Assembly (NCBI GenBank): GCA_014905635.1
Contig: CM026548.1
Span: 1 to 64,000, forward strand
Source of the DNA: Scenedesmus sp. PABB004
Lineage: Eukaryota
DNA length: 64,000 bases
Direction of reading: 5' to 3'
Part shown: one piece after another, positions 33,111-45,610 of the stretch
How the letters are laid out: the number at the start of each line of letters is the position of its first letter
Numbering within the stretch: position 1 is the stretch's first letter
Position numbers and translations under genes: made by a program
Notes under the pieces: generated by a model
Told to the model about the DNA's origin: nothing
What the model saw: only the letters and a program-made list of their open reading frames with translations
Database searches by the model: none

Positions 33111-33807
33111 AGGGGTGCGCGGCCCGCCGCGCCGCGCCGCAGGGTGCTGCGCGCTGTGCATGCCGTGCGTGCGCGACGGCGCTGCGCGCACGCTCACGCC
33201 GGCTCGCCCTCCCGCCCAACCCCACGCCCGCGCCAGGCGGCTACGGGCGCGACCGCGACTACGGGCGCGAGCGGGAGCGGGGGCGCTACCGCTCGCGCTC
33301 GCGCAGCAGGAGCCGGGACCGCCGCCGCCGCAGCCGGACGCGGAGCCGCTCCCCGCGGCGCAGCGACCGCCGGCGCAGCTACTCGCGCTCGCCGCCGCGG
33401 CGCCGCTCGCGCAGCCCGGACCGCAGCCCCGCGCGAGGCCGCGGCAGGAGCGCCAGCCCGGCCCGCAACGGCGGCCGCAGCAGGAGCCCCGAGCGCGAGC
33501 GCCGCGACTCCCCGCCGCCCGGGTGAGCAGGGCGCCGCGAGGCCCTGGGGCGGCAGGGGCGGCGCGGCGCGGGCGCGCGAGCCGCCGCCGGCGCGGCCGC
33601 GGCCCGCTGAGGAACTGCCGGCCCGCCGCGCCGCAGGGACCGCGACGACCGCGCCGGCTCGCCGCGCAGCGGCGACGACGCCGAGCGCCGCGCCTCGCCC
33701 GGGGCGACGGCGGCAGCCCGCCGCGCAGCCGCAGCCCCAGCAGGAGCGGCGGCAGCGGCGGCGCGCAGAACGAGCGGGGCGCGCCTGCAGCGATGGACGA
33801 CGAGTGA
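31889..33807 (+). CDS. SR splicing factor, SC35-like (SCL) subfamily: RRM + RS domain
   Basis: SLLIRNLPLD, FERYGEVRDIYLPKDYYT-NRPRGFGFIEF..DAEDA, SRKTP, long RSRS tail. Apparent 1-nt frameshift near 33700 in the last exon. Confidence 0.9.
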
Positions 33808-33892
33808 GCGCCAACCCCAGCGGGAGAGCACCGCGGCCGCGGTCAGCCGCGGCTGACCGCGCGGCCCCGGCCCAGCGCGCGCTGCCGCTGCC

Positions 33893-33897
33893 TGTAA
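33893..33897 (+). promoter_or_regulatory. TGTAA polyadenylation signal (SR gene)
   Basis: TGTAA 86 nt after the stop codon. Confidence 0.65.
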
Positions 33898-34030
33898 TCA
33901 TCGGACCAGCCTCAGGCTCGAGCGGGAGGGGGGCGTGATGCTGCGCGTGCTGGGGTTGCGTTGGGCCAGATGGCGTGACATGAACGCATGGCGCACCAGC
34001 CCGTTGCAACCTGCGCCGACACTGCGACCA

Positions 34031-35745
34031 TCACACCGCAAAGAGCCGCGCGCCGCGGCGGGGTCTGGGCGCAGCCGCCCCAGCACTGCCGGCCTCGGCC
34101 CCGCGCCAGGCGGCGGCCAGCCGCGTGCCCTCCACGACCTCGCCGAGGCCCTGCAGCTGCGCGTCCGGCAGGTGCTGACGGCTCAGCAGCAGCAGCACGG
34201 CCTCGCTGGGCGGCGTGGGCGCCGCACTCCGCGGGCGCGTCCGCCGCCGACGGCGCGGCGGGGGCGGGGGCTCGACCAGCCAGCCCCACAGCTGCTCTGC
34301 GCGCCGGCCGCCCGAGCCCGGGGCCTGCTCCAGTGCCTGCTGCTGCAGCAGCCGCCGGGCGGCGTCGCGGCTCAGCCCAGGCCCCGACAGCGCCAGCAGC
34401 ACAATCTCAACAGGGCGGCGCCGCGCCCGCCCGCCCGGGTCACCGCCAGCGGCGCACGCGCTGGCCGCCTGCGCGGCGCGCACGCGCAGCAGCTCCACTG
34501 CGCGCAGCCAGACCTCCTGCAGGTCCTCGCCGGCCAGGACGTGCATGTGCTGCCCCAGCCGCTCGGTCGGCGGCGAGCTTGAGCCCCCTACGGGCCCGGG
34601 CCCGACCTCGCCGGCGGCAGGCGGCTGCAGCGCCGCCGCCGCAGCGGCCGCCCGCTCCCCGGCGCCAGCTCGTGGCGGGACGCCAGCACCAGCACGCGTC
34701 GCAGGAGTGGGGGCGGCGCCCCCGCAGCAGCGGCTGCTGCCGCCGCCGCGGGCTGCTGCGGGGAGGCCGCTGCTGCCTGCGCGCCCGCTGACCGGCCGCT
34801 GGCAGCGGCGGTGGCCCCCCGCCGCCGCAGCCGCCGCCTGCTGCCCGCCTGGCGCGCGCTCGACGCTGGGTCCAGCTCCGGCGCTGCTGGGTCCAGCACC
34901 AGCAGGTGCAGGCCAAGCCGCGCCGCCATGCGACGCAGCGCCGTGAGCTGCGCCTCCGTCATGGCCGCCGCCGCCGCCACCCACGGCGGCGCGCCCCGCT
35001 GCGCCATCAGCGCATGGAGCCGCTCGTTCCACGCTGCAGGGTCAAACAGCGCCAGCGCGCGCCGAAGCTCCGCCTCGGCCGCGGCGGCGGCCTCGACGCG
35101 TGCCGGCTCCAGCGGCTGCGCGTCGTCGGCGGCCCGCGCCGCCGCCGCCGCCGCCGCCTGCCACGCCGGTCGCAGGCGCGCCGCCGCCGGCGACCAGGCC
35201 TCGCGCGACACCACCAGCGCCGGCCCGTCGCGGCCGAGCAGCACCGCGGCGTGCAGCTGCTGCCGCGCCGCCGCGCGCTCGACGGCCGCCACCTCACTCG
35301 CGAGCCACGCGCCGCGCAGCGCCAGCGCTGCGCGGCCCTCCGCCCAACGCCCGGACGGCAGCTGCTGCGCCAGCAGCTGGTGCATCGCCGCGACGTCCAG
35401 CGCCGCCGGCGCGAGCGCTGCGGTGCGCGTTGGGAGGAGCTCGGCGCGCCCCGACCGCTGCACAAGCCACGCCTCCGCGCCGGGCGCGGCGTCGGCGCGC
35501 CAGATCTGCCGGCTGAGCTGCGCGGCCGCGTCCGCGTCTGCGTGCAGCGCCGGGGGAGCTGGCGGCGCCGCCGGGGGGTCGGGCGGCGCTGGTGGCGCTG
35601 GCGGCGCTGGCGGCGCTGGCGGCGCCGTCGCCGCCGCGCGGACAGCACGGCGCGGCAGCAGCGGCAGCGGCAGCGCGCGTCGCGGCAGCAGCGGCAGCAC
35701 GCGGCGCGGCAGCAGCCGCAGCGCGTGCGGCAGCGGCAGCGGCAT
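34031..35745 (-). CDS. Hypothetical helical protein, possible organelle presequence
   Basis: MPLPLPHALRLLPRR.. N-terminus. Two protein-like frames can be joined by a putative phase-0 GC-AG intron at about 34625-34848. No recognisable domain. Confidence 0.4.
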
Positions 35746-36009
35746 GAGGGGCGGAGCTGTGGGCGCTCCCCGGCAAGCTCGCACCTGCGCTGCGTGCGCG
35801 GCGGCGGCGGCGCAGGGCGCAGCTGGGCCGCTGTGCGAAGCACGCTCCTCCGGGCCCAGCCCTCGCCGGCATGCCTGAAAGCAAACAATCGCGTCGCCGA
35901 GAGTCTCGACCGCCTGCCTGCGCGGCCGCTCGCACCCGGTCGGCGCCTCTGCTGCCACCGCGCCGCCCGGGAGCTCCACGCCGCGCCGGGCGGTGGGACC
36001 CGGTCCGCC

Positions 36010-37895
36010 ATGGTCGTGTCGGGTGGCGCGCTGGCGGCGGGCGCCCGCCGCTGCGCCTGCGCCGGCTGCCCCCGCCGCGCGCCGGCCGCCGCCGCCGCTG
36101 CTGCCGCCGCCGCGCCCACCGCGGCGCTGCCCCGGAGCCGCCTGGCGACGGCCAGGTGCGTCCATGGCGACTGCCGCCGCCGGCGCCGCACGCGGCGCCG
36201 CTGCCGGCGCAGCTCACGCGCGCCTGCGCCCCGCCGCCGCTGCTGCCCCTGGCCAGGCGCGCGGTTGAGCGCGACCTAGACTGGGACCCCGCCGTCAGCA
36301 AGGGCCCCCTCACCGCGCCGCGGCGCAGCACGCCACCGCCGCCGCCGCCGCCGCCGCCGAGCACGCCCAAAACGGGATTTGTGAGCCGCCGCGCGCACTG
36401 GCCGAGCCGCGGCGCGCGCCGCGCCTGGCGCCGCGCGCGCCCACCACGCACTGGCTGGCCGCCGGCGCCGCCGGCGCGCGCAGGAGTGGCTGGAGGCGCC
36501 GTTCCGCAGCCGCCGCAACATCGTGGCTAGCATGGCGCTCGGCACGGCGGCGGTGTGGGTGTGGAACAGGAGTGAGCGCCGCGGCCCGCGCCCGCGCCTC
36601 ACGGGCCAGGCGGTGCCCGCGCCCACGCCCGCGCGCCGAGCGCCGCGCCGCGCCCCGCGCCTCGCGCCGCGCCGCGCCGCAGAGGTCCTGCCGCCCGTGT
36701 CTGTGGGCACCCCGCCGCCCGGGTTCCCGTTTGAGCTCGCGGGCTACACCGACGTGGCGGCCGAAGACTTTGTGTACGCGCGCACGCCCGGGGGCGCGTG
36801 GGTCGCGGCGGCGCAGGACCCCGCGGGGCGGCTGTACCTCATCGACCAGGCGGGCGACCTCTACTACGACAGCGGGCGCCCGGAGACGGGCATCTACGTG
36901 GTGCGCGCGGCGTGGTGCTGTGGCGCCGGCTGCGCGTGTGGGCTTGTGCGGGCGCGTGCGTGCGTGTGTGTGCGTGTGTGTGTGTGTGTGGGGGGGGGGG
37001 GGGGGCAAACACAGCGCGCGCTGGGCGCCGCCGCCGCGCCCGCGCCGACGCGGGCCTCGCCGCCGCCGTGCAGCTCGACCCTCAGGGCAACCTGTTCAAC
37101 GTCTACCTCGACGACGCCGGCGGGCGGCGCGTGACGCCGGTGGGCAACATCAGCCAGATGGCGCGGTTCAAGGTGAACAGCCGCGCCGACGCCGCCGCCC
37201 CGCGGCGGAGGGGCAGCCGGCGGCGGCGGCGGCGGGGCAGCCGACCACCCCCCCCCCCCTGTGTGCGCGCCGTGCTGCGGCTGGCCGCAGGTGTCTGAGA
37301 TCGCTGGCATCAAGCTGGACAAGGACGTCACGGTCGTGGGCATGGCCGACGGCAGCAGCGTCCCGCTGCCCCCCGGCGCTGGCATGGTGGGGCCCGACGG
37401 CAAGGTGAGACGCGGCGCGGCGGGCGGCGCGCTGCCCGCGCGCGCATACACCGACGGCTGGCGCCGCGGCGCGCGCGCGCTCCGCAGTTTGTGCCGCCCG
37501 GCGAGCTGGTCGAGGGCATCCAGCTGCCGCCGCCGGACAACCCGTTTGCGCGGCTGCTCGGCCGCGGCGGCCGCGGCGGCGTGAACCGGTTCGAGGTGGA
37601 CCTCGACGACCCGCGGCCCTACGACCGACAGCTCTACGACCAGGCGCGCCCCGCCCGCCGCCCGCCCGCGCGCACGCCGCGCGCACCGCCACGGCCCGCC
37701 GCGCCGCTCGCTGCGCGCGCCGCTCACCGCCGCGCACCGCCGCCGTCGGCGCAGACGCTGCTGGACGACCCCGACGTGCCGGGCTTCCAGCCAGCACTGC
37801 CGCGGGGTTTCGACCTCCAGGACTACGCCCGCGAGGTGGAGGCCGAGGCGCAGGCCAAGGCGGCGCGCAAGGGCGGGCGGCGCGGGGTGTTCTGA
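36010..37895 (+). CDS. Hypothetical chloroplast (possibly thylakoid) protein; multi-exon
   Basis: Transit-like MVVSGGALAAGARR.., then SRRNIVASMALGTAAVWVW (twin-Arg + hydrophobic), then beta-rich QDPAGRLYLIDQAGDLYYD..LDPQGNLFNVY. Consistent splice sites. Confidence 0.65.
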
Positions 37896-38289
37896 GCTGG
37901 GGCCGTCGCCGCGGCGGCAGCCGGGCGGGCGCGCGCGCCGTAACCGAGCTCGCTTCCTGGTCGGCGAGCTCGCGGGGTCTTGATACGCGCCGTGCGTGCG
38001 CTGCCACGAGCTGCCGCGAGCCCGCGCCCGGTGCTGCAGGAGCTGCCAGCAGCAGCGCGCCGGCGAGGCCACTCTTCCTTCCTGCTCGCGCCGGCGGCCT
38101 GTCTAGAGCACGCGCTGCAGGTGCGAATAGCCTGGGCCGAGCTGCTGAGGCAGCGCGCGAGCCGCTGCGGCAGCTCGCGGGGGAGCTGGCTCGCAGATGC
38201 GCGGGAAGCCTGCGGCCCGCGCCGCTTGCGGCCGTCGACGCGATCGCGGACGTAGTTACTATTTTTGCACTGCCCTCCTCAATGCAGAC

Positions 38290-39332
38290 ATGCGGCGGCA
38301 CCTCCTGGCGCTCGCTGTGCTCGCGGCGGGCGCTGCAGCGCAGAGCGCGCCGCCCGCCCCCTACGACGACCTCCTGACGTCCGTCAACGCTCTGCGTGCA
38401 CGGCACGGTGCAGAGGGTCTGGCCTGGAGCGACCCGTTGGCGCTCGGGGCATCACAAAGCGCGTCGCGATGCAGCTTCGCGCCGGACCCGTCTGCGTCGG
38501 CCGGCGAGAACCTCTTCGTCTCCACCTCTACCGCCCCTGGTGACCTCGCCGCCACGCTGGCCTGGGCCGTCGACACCTGGTATGCGAGCCGGGCGTCGTA
38601 CAATTGGTCAAACCCCGAGTTCACGGCCGCGGCCGGCAGCTTCACGCAGCTCGTGTGGCGGGCCTCGACCCGGCTCGGGTGCGGCGCGCGCGTGTGCAGC
38701 AACGGCATCGACGGCGCAGGCGACCTCAAGCGCGGCACGGTGGTGGTGTGTCGGTTCGACCCCGCCGGCAACATCGCAAAGGGCTTTGCCGCCAACGTGC
38801 TGCCCGAGGCCGGGGGCCCAGGCGGTGGCGGCGGCGGCGGCGGCGGCGGCGGCAAGCCCGACGCGCCCGCCGCCCCCCTGTCCATGCTGCCGGCGGGCAC
38901 GGTGCTGCGGAGCCCGGACTGCTGGACGCGGGGCGAGACGCGCGTGTGCATGCAGGCGAGCGCCGTGCGGGGCCTGGCCAGTCAGTCGAGGGGGAGAGGG
39001 GGGGGCAGGCTGGCGGTCGCGCGCCCGCGATCACCCTGCGCTGCGCCGCCGTCGCCGCAGGCCAACGCCAACATCGTGCTCTTCCGCTCCGGCCAGGTGG
39101 AGTGGAGCAGCAACACGGCCGGCAAGGCGACCGCGCAGCCGTTCACGCTGACCACGCGCCGCGGCGGCCGGGCTGTCGGTGCGTCGGCGCCGCGCGGTCA
39201 CGGCCGCGGCTGCGGCTCGGGCGCCCCCGCCCGCGGCCGCGCCCGCTGACAGCGGCGCGCGGCGCCGCCCCGCTCGCAGCCGTGGACGCCGCGGGCGCCA
39301 AGTTCTGGGACTCGCAGGCAGGCGGCCGCTGA
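38290..39332 (+). CDS. Secreted CAP/SCP (PR-1-like) domain protein with C-terminal bulb-type (B) lectin-like domain
   Basis: Signal peptide MRRHLLALAVLAAGAAA. CAP: NALRARHG..LAWS..GENL..W..FTQLVW..LGCG..VVCRFDPAGN. C-terminus LPAGTVLRS..CMQANANIVLF..WSSNTAG..DAAGAKFWDS. Confidence 0.85.
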
Positions 39333-39510
39333 GCGGCAGAGGGAGCGGAGAGGCGCGCGGGCGGGCTGGGCGGAGCGGGCCCGCGCGAGTCTCTCTCTGC
39401 GCGTGCATCAAGCGTTGGTTGCCAACGCGGTTCAGTGACCGACGAGTTGCGTTGCAGTCCCCCGCCCCTCGTCTCCCCCGCACTGCCGCGGCACGCTCGG
39501 CTCTCTCTCG

Positions 39511-42363
39511 TCACCCCATCTCCTCCACGCTGCGCGACGGCAGGTTGGCCAGCAGCGCCTTCCAGCCAAACAGGCCTGCGAGCGCGGCGCGCGCGGCGGT
39601 CAGCGCGCCCAGCACGACGCGGGGGGCAGGAGCAGCGCGCGCCGCGCCCTGTTGCCCGCGCCCGCGCGCGCGGCGCGCCGCCGCACCCGGCACGCCGCGC
39701 AGCAGCGGCGGGCGCAGCAGCACGAGCATGACGACGTACAGCCCCGCGCCGAGGCCGTACCGCGCGCAAAAGGCGGCCGAGGAGAGCAGGATGCCGCTGA
39801 ACAGCAGCGCCGCGAGCGGGTCCTGCGCCGTCACCATCGCGTACAGCCTGCCACGACGCACGCCACGCCACGGCGGCACCAGCGGGGGCGGCGGGGGCGT
39901 CAGCGCCGCCCGCGCTGCGCCGCGGCGCCGGCCGCGCCGTGCCAGCCCGCGCGCGCGCGTGTGCGCACCCCTCTGCGAAGCTGGCTGCGTCGTCGAGGAT
40001 GTTCTGCCCCACCAGGCCGTACTCAAACAGGCTGCTGCTGTGCGCGCGCGCGAGGCGCAGCAGCCCGCCCACGCTCAGCAGCTGCTGCGCCGCCGCCTCG
40101 ATGTCCAGCGCGTCCAGGCTCAGCGTGCCCGCCTCCAGCACCTCGCGCAGCTCCTCCAGGCTCGTCGGCAGCGGCGCCGGCGGCGGCGACGGGCCAGTCC
40201 CGCTCCCGGTGCGCCCCGCCAGCTGCGGCCCCCGACAGCGGCGGCGGCGGAGCGGTGAGCGCGCGTGCGTGCGTGTGGGCCAGGGGCGCGCCCCCCACTG
40301 AGCTGCGTGCTCGCACCTTGTCGGCGAGGGTGCTGCGCAGCTTGTCCGCGGCCTCGCGGTAGCGCGCCCGATCGGACAGGCCGCCGCTGCCGCCGCTGCG
40401 GCGCAGCGCGAGCAGCTGCCCCGGCACGTCGTCCTCCTCGCTGCCGCTGCCGTGGTGGTGGTGGTGCTCGGCCGCGCCCGGCACGCCCGCCGCGTGCGCG
40501 ATGTCCGGCGGCAGCTGCTCCAGCTCAAAGCCCAGCACGCCGCGCCGCACCTGCAGGCACCGCGGCGCGGGACAGCGGCGGCAGGCCGGGTCGGGCCCCA
40601 GGTCGGGCGCCGCGCGCGTTCGCACCCCGTCCCGCGCGCCGCCAGCCGCCGCCCGGCCGCCGCCCGCCGCCGCCCGCCGCCCGCCGGCCGCCGGCCGCCC
40701 GCACCTGGATCGCGATGCGCCGCGCGAGCGTGAGCGCGACGAGCACCGCGGCCGCGAGCAGCGCGTGGCCGGGGAAGAGCAGGGTGCCGCCGAGGAGCCA
40801 GAGCGCGATCACGTTGACCAGCGGGCGGCGCCAGTGGTAGAACGCGAGCGGGTCGAGGCGGCGCGGCAGCCAGTCGAGCGCGACCGCCTTCAGCCGCGCG
40901 ACGTGGCCCTTCAGCCGCCGCGCCGACAGCCGCCCCCGCCCGCTGCTCACGAGCTGCGCCGCGGCGCGCGGGCGGCGCCGGGGCGGCGCCGGGGCGGCGT
41001 CGCGCGGGGCGCGCCGCGCGCACGCGGCGCCGCGCGGGGTGCGCCGCGCGGCACCCACAGCCCGCCATCACCGCCGCCGCCGCCGCCGCCGCGCGCGCGC
41101 GCACCTGGTCCACCAGGCCCTCCGGCACCGCGTCGCGGCCCTGCCCCGCCGCCGCGAGCCACGCGCGCAGGATGTCGCCCGCCGCGTCGTCGCGCGCGTC
41201 GCGCGCCATGCTGCGCAGCACGCCGCTGGTGTGCAGCTCGAGCGTGTGCGGCGTAATGAGGTACGCCAGCGACAGGCGCACGCCCGCGCGCAGCCGCCCG
41301 CAGCCCGGCGGCGGCGCCGCGGAGAGGCGGAGCAGCGCGCTGCCGGCGATGACCTTGGCGCCGGCGCTGCCGCGCTTGTCGCTGTAGAGGGTGAGCGTCT
41401 TGGTGTGCTCCCGCAGCAGCAGCGGCGCGAGGCCGTACAGCTTGAACACGCACCGCCCCACCACGCGCCCCGCCCGGTGCAGCACGAGCGCGACGAGGCA
41501 GCTGCTGCCATACACGGGCAGCAGCACCTGCCGGGCAGCGGCGCGTGAGCGGGCGGCGCGGCGGCGGGCGGCGCGGCGGCGGGCGGCGCGCGCGCACCTG
41601 CACGGGCGCGACCTTGCTGCCCTCGCCGCAGCAGCTGCTGGCGCTGCTGCTCGCGCTGCCGGCGCCGCCGCCGGCCAGGAAGGTGATGGGCAGTGCCGGC
41701 TGCGCGAGCTGCAGCCAGTGCGGGCCGCAGCGCATGAGCAGCTGCAGGCCGCCGCTGCTGCCGCTGCCGCGCAGCGTCAGCGCCTGCAGCGTGAGCTCCA
41801 GCACGCCCAGCGGCTCCGACGTGGGGCAGCCCGCGGTCGCGAGGTTGGGGTGCTGCTCCAGCGGCACGCCGCGCGACGCCGCCACCGCCGCCGCGGCGGC
41901 CGCCGCCGCTGCGGCCGCCGCCTCGCTGGGCGCGCGCTGCGCGTGCAAGCTCACGGCGCCGCTCGCGCCGCCCGTCGGCGCGAGCTGGCGGCTGGCGGCG
42001 GGCGCCGGCGCCGCGCCGCTGCCCGCTCCGGCGCCGGCGCCGGCCGGCGCGGCGCGCGTGGGCGCGCGGGAGAGCACGCGCAGCTGGCCGATGCTGAACA
42101 CCTCGCTGCGGCGGCTGGTGGGGAAGAGCCTGTTGAGGAAGCGGCCCTTGACCTGCTGCGCCACGCTGCCCGGCAGCTTCTCCACCGCCGTGGCCAGGCC
42201 CTCCTCCACGCGGCCGAGCACGCGCTCCACGCCCGCCGCGGTGCGCCTGGCGGGGCGGGGCGGGGCGGGGAGGGCAGGCAGCGGCGGCGGCGGCGGCGGC
42301 GGCGGCGAGCGTTGCGCGAGGGAGGCGGGGGATTGACAGGCGCCGGGGGCCGGCGCGCCGGCA

Positions 42364-42400
<37 letters not shown>

Positions 42401-44804
42401 ACCCCTTGAAGTCGGCCGGCGGCGCCTCCTGCGCCGCCGGCGGGTGCGGCATGCCGCCGCCGCTGCCGCCCGGGAGGCGGCGGCGCAGCACGCCCGGCAT
42501 GGCCGCCACGCCGCGGCGGCGCGGCGCCGCGCTGCCGGCGGCGCTCGCGCTGAGCTGGTCGGCCGCCGCGAACGCGCGCTCGTCGTCGCTGTCGGTCAGG
42601 CTGCCATCGCTGCCCGCCGCTGCCGCCTCAGCCGCGGCCGCCTCTGCGGCCGCGGCCTCCGCCGCCGCGCTGGCCGCGGCCGCGTCGTCGGCCGCCGCCG
42701 CGGCCGCCGCGTCGCGCGCGACCGGCGGCACGCTGTACATGCCCGCCCGCACGTCGGCGTCGGCGAGGAAGCCGGAGAGGTCGAGCCACGCGCCCGGCAG
42801 CACCGGCAGCGGCACCTGCGCCGGGGGGGGGGGGGTCGCCTGAGCGTGGCCGCCGCCGCGCGCAGCGCGCCCGGCCCTGCGCGTGCGCGCACACAAACAC
42901 ACACACACCTGCAGGCCCTGGACGGTGCAGCGCACCACGTGGCGCCACTCGTCCCAGGTGGTGGGCTTGGGCGGCGAGCGGCGCAGCAGGTGCAGCAGGC
43001 TGTAGTCAAACGACAGCGCCAGCAGCGGCCCGCCGTCGCGGCCGAGGCAGAGGCCCAGCTCCACGCTCAGCAGCGCGTCCTGCAGCGGCCGCACCACCGC
43101 AAACACGCCCGCCTGCGCCACGGCCGCGCAGCCGTCGCTGCCGAGCGGCACCGGCCGCAGCGCGACGGGCTCGCCGCCGCCCAGCGCGAGGCGCACGCGG
43201 AGGTGCAGCTCGCGCGAGCGCCGCCTGCCGGACCGCCGGCGCTCGCCGCCCCTGGCGGCCCCTGGCTGGTCGCGCTCGCCGGCGTGCCTCGCCCGGTGCA
43301 GCCCTGCGAGCAGGCCGGCCGAGCGGCGGGCGCCGCCCTCGCTGCCGCTGCTCGCGCGCAGGCTGTAGGCCAGCGACGCGTCGTCGCTGCCGCCGTCGCT
43401 CTCCTCCTCCTCCAGCGCGGCCAGCGCCGACCAGTCCCACGCCGCGCCGGCGCGGCCGGTGCCGTCGCCGCGCAGGCTCAGCGACAGGCTGGCGGCGTTG
43501 CGGATCGCCGCCAGGCTGGGCCGGCCCGGCAGCGCCGGCCCCGCCGCCGCCGCGGCGGCGGCCGCCGCTGCCGCCTCTGCCGCCTCCGTTGCCGCCGCGT
43601 CGCCGCGCAGCAGCTGGCGCAGCTGGCGCAGCACCGCCTTGGCTCTGCCGGCGCTGTCGACGGCGCCGGGCTCGCCGCCGTCGTCGACGCTGCTCGCGTC
43701 GTCGTCGTCAGCGCCGCGCCGCGGCAGCACCGCCGCGCTGCCGAGGTTGACGCGGCACACGACGACGCGCACAAACGCGAGCGCCGGCTCCTCCCACTGG
43801 CTCGCCAGCGGGCTGTGGCTGAACGACGGCAGCGGCGCGGGCGCGCCGCGCGCGTGCACGAACGACACGACGTGCGGCGGCGTGCCCGCGTTGCGCAGGC
43901 GCGGCTGCGCGACCCACCAGACGTCCACGCCGAGGTCGCTCGCCGCGCGCACGTGCGTGCTGCGCCGCAGCCGCGTCTTGGCGAGGCTGCCGCTGGGCGC
44001 GGAGGCGATGCTGTCGGCCATGCGCTTGAAGCTCGCGCCGCCGCCGCCACCGCTGCCGCCGCCGTTCGCCGGCAGCAGCGGCACGAGCTGCGCGCTCACG
44101 TCGCTGCTGAGCGGCCCGCCGCCGGCGCGCCGCGCGGCGTCGCCGACGTCGCTGCCGCCGCTGCCGCCGCTGCCCGCGAGGCGCGCGCGCGGCTGCGGCT
44201 GAGGCGCCTGCGCCTGCGGCCCTGGGGGCGGCATGCAGCCCGCATGCTCCAGCTGCAGGTAGCCATAGAACAGCAGCTCGTCGCTGAACAGGCCGGTCGC
44301 AAACACCTCGAGCTTGACCACCGGCTCGTGGCACCCCGCGAGCAGCACGCCGCCGTCAAACACGAGCTCCTGCGGGGGCGACGCGGCGCTGGGACGGCGG
44401 CGGCGCCAGGCAGCGCCGAGCCCGGTGGCGCCCGCACCTCGTTCCACTGCGGCGACGCCCCGCCCTCGACGCCGCGCGTCCGCTGCCGCACGTGCCCCGC
44501 TGTGGCAACGCAGTAGCACTCAGACGCTGCCAGGGACCGTCCATGGGCCTTCAGGGAGTCGACGCCCTTGATCTGCGGCGCGGCGGGCGGCGGCGCGTTC
44601 AGCGGCGCCGCGCCGCTGCTCGCCCGCCGCGCGGCCGCCGCCGTTGCGCCTGGCGCCGATGCCGCAGGCGCCTTGCGCGCGAGGCGGCTCGGCCGGCCTC
44701 CAGGGGGAGCGGTGGCCCGCCTAGCGCCCGCGTGCCGCAGGGCGGGGCGGGGCAGCAGCAACCATCCCGCTCACCCGCAGGTGCAGCTCGCGGCGCTCCT
44801 CCAT
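39511..44804 (-). CDS. Multiple C2-domain and transmembrane protein (MCTP/FTIP-like, PRT_C-type C-terminus)
   Basis: N-terminal C2 (YCVAT..RTRGVEGGASPQWNE|ELVF..KLEVFATGLFSDE), later LGVLELTL..RCGPHW..LPVY, W..P hydrophobic segment, GQNILDDAASFAERL..DPLA, LRPPLLR and LANLPSR. Confidence 0.78.
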
Positions 44805-45610
44805 GGCTGTGCACCGTCTGTCACGCCACCGCCTTCACGCGCGGCTGGGCGCGCGCCACCATCGCGCGCCGAGAGATGCTGCTGCCCGCTGCCGACGGCG
44901 GCGGCGGCAGCAGCGGCCGGAGGATCGTCAGAGCCAGCGGCGCTGTGAGGGGCTGGGCGGGGCTGGCTCCGACTCAGGCTTGTGGCGGCGGCGTGCGGTT
45001 CGAGCGGCGCGGGGCGCAAGGCCGAGTTGCACGCGGCCGCCAGGTCCTGCCCCAGATGCTGCGGCGCCGCCCGTAATGCACGGCGCGGCCTAGGATGAAC
45101 AGGAGAGAGGCAACCGGGACGAAGGGAGCAGCAGGCCGCGGCGGCGCGCGGGCCCCGCGGGGCCGCCGCGCGCAGCGCGCGCGTGCGTTGGTGTTGAGTT
45201 GAGCATCTGCATGGACACGTGGGGCGTTGGGAGCCGCACTAGCAACGGGGGGCAATGTGCAACAGGCAGTAGTAAGGGGCGCCACGCCGCGGCGGCGCCC
45301 GCGGCGGGGTGGCCGGCGCGCTGCGTCGACCCCCGGGGGCACAGCCGGCACCAAGGTGGCGGGCACAGGTGCGCTCGCGGAGCGCCCAGCCCTGCACGCG
45401 CCACACGACACACGCACAAAGCAGCCCACGACTGAGCAGCGCCCCCCCCCCCCCCCTCCATCGCCTAGGCGCGGGCGGCGCGCGCGCCGTGCCAGCTGCT
45501 AAAAGCTCCCCCCTCCCCCCCCCGCCGGTGTGTGCATAGACCGCGCCTCTCCCGCCCTCCCGCCCACGGTGGCGCGCGCTCTCCTCTCTCGCGACGCGCG
45601 CGGGCGCGGC

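Noticed and set aside
33690..33710. Programmed frameshifting in the SR gene (similar shifts near 21455 and 63445)
   Set aside because: The shifts fall in short C/G runs with no slippery heptamer. Consensus indel errors are the simpler explanation and need read-level checking.
43195..44796. Repeated RELHLR peptide in the MCTP gene as a recent duplication
   Set aside because: Very short match, explainable as the first strand of paralogous C2-like domains.
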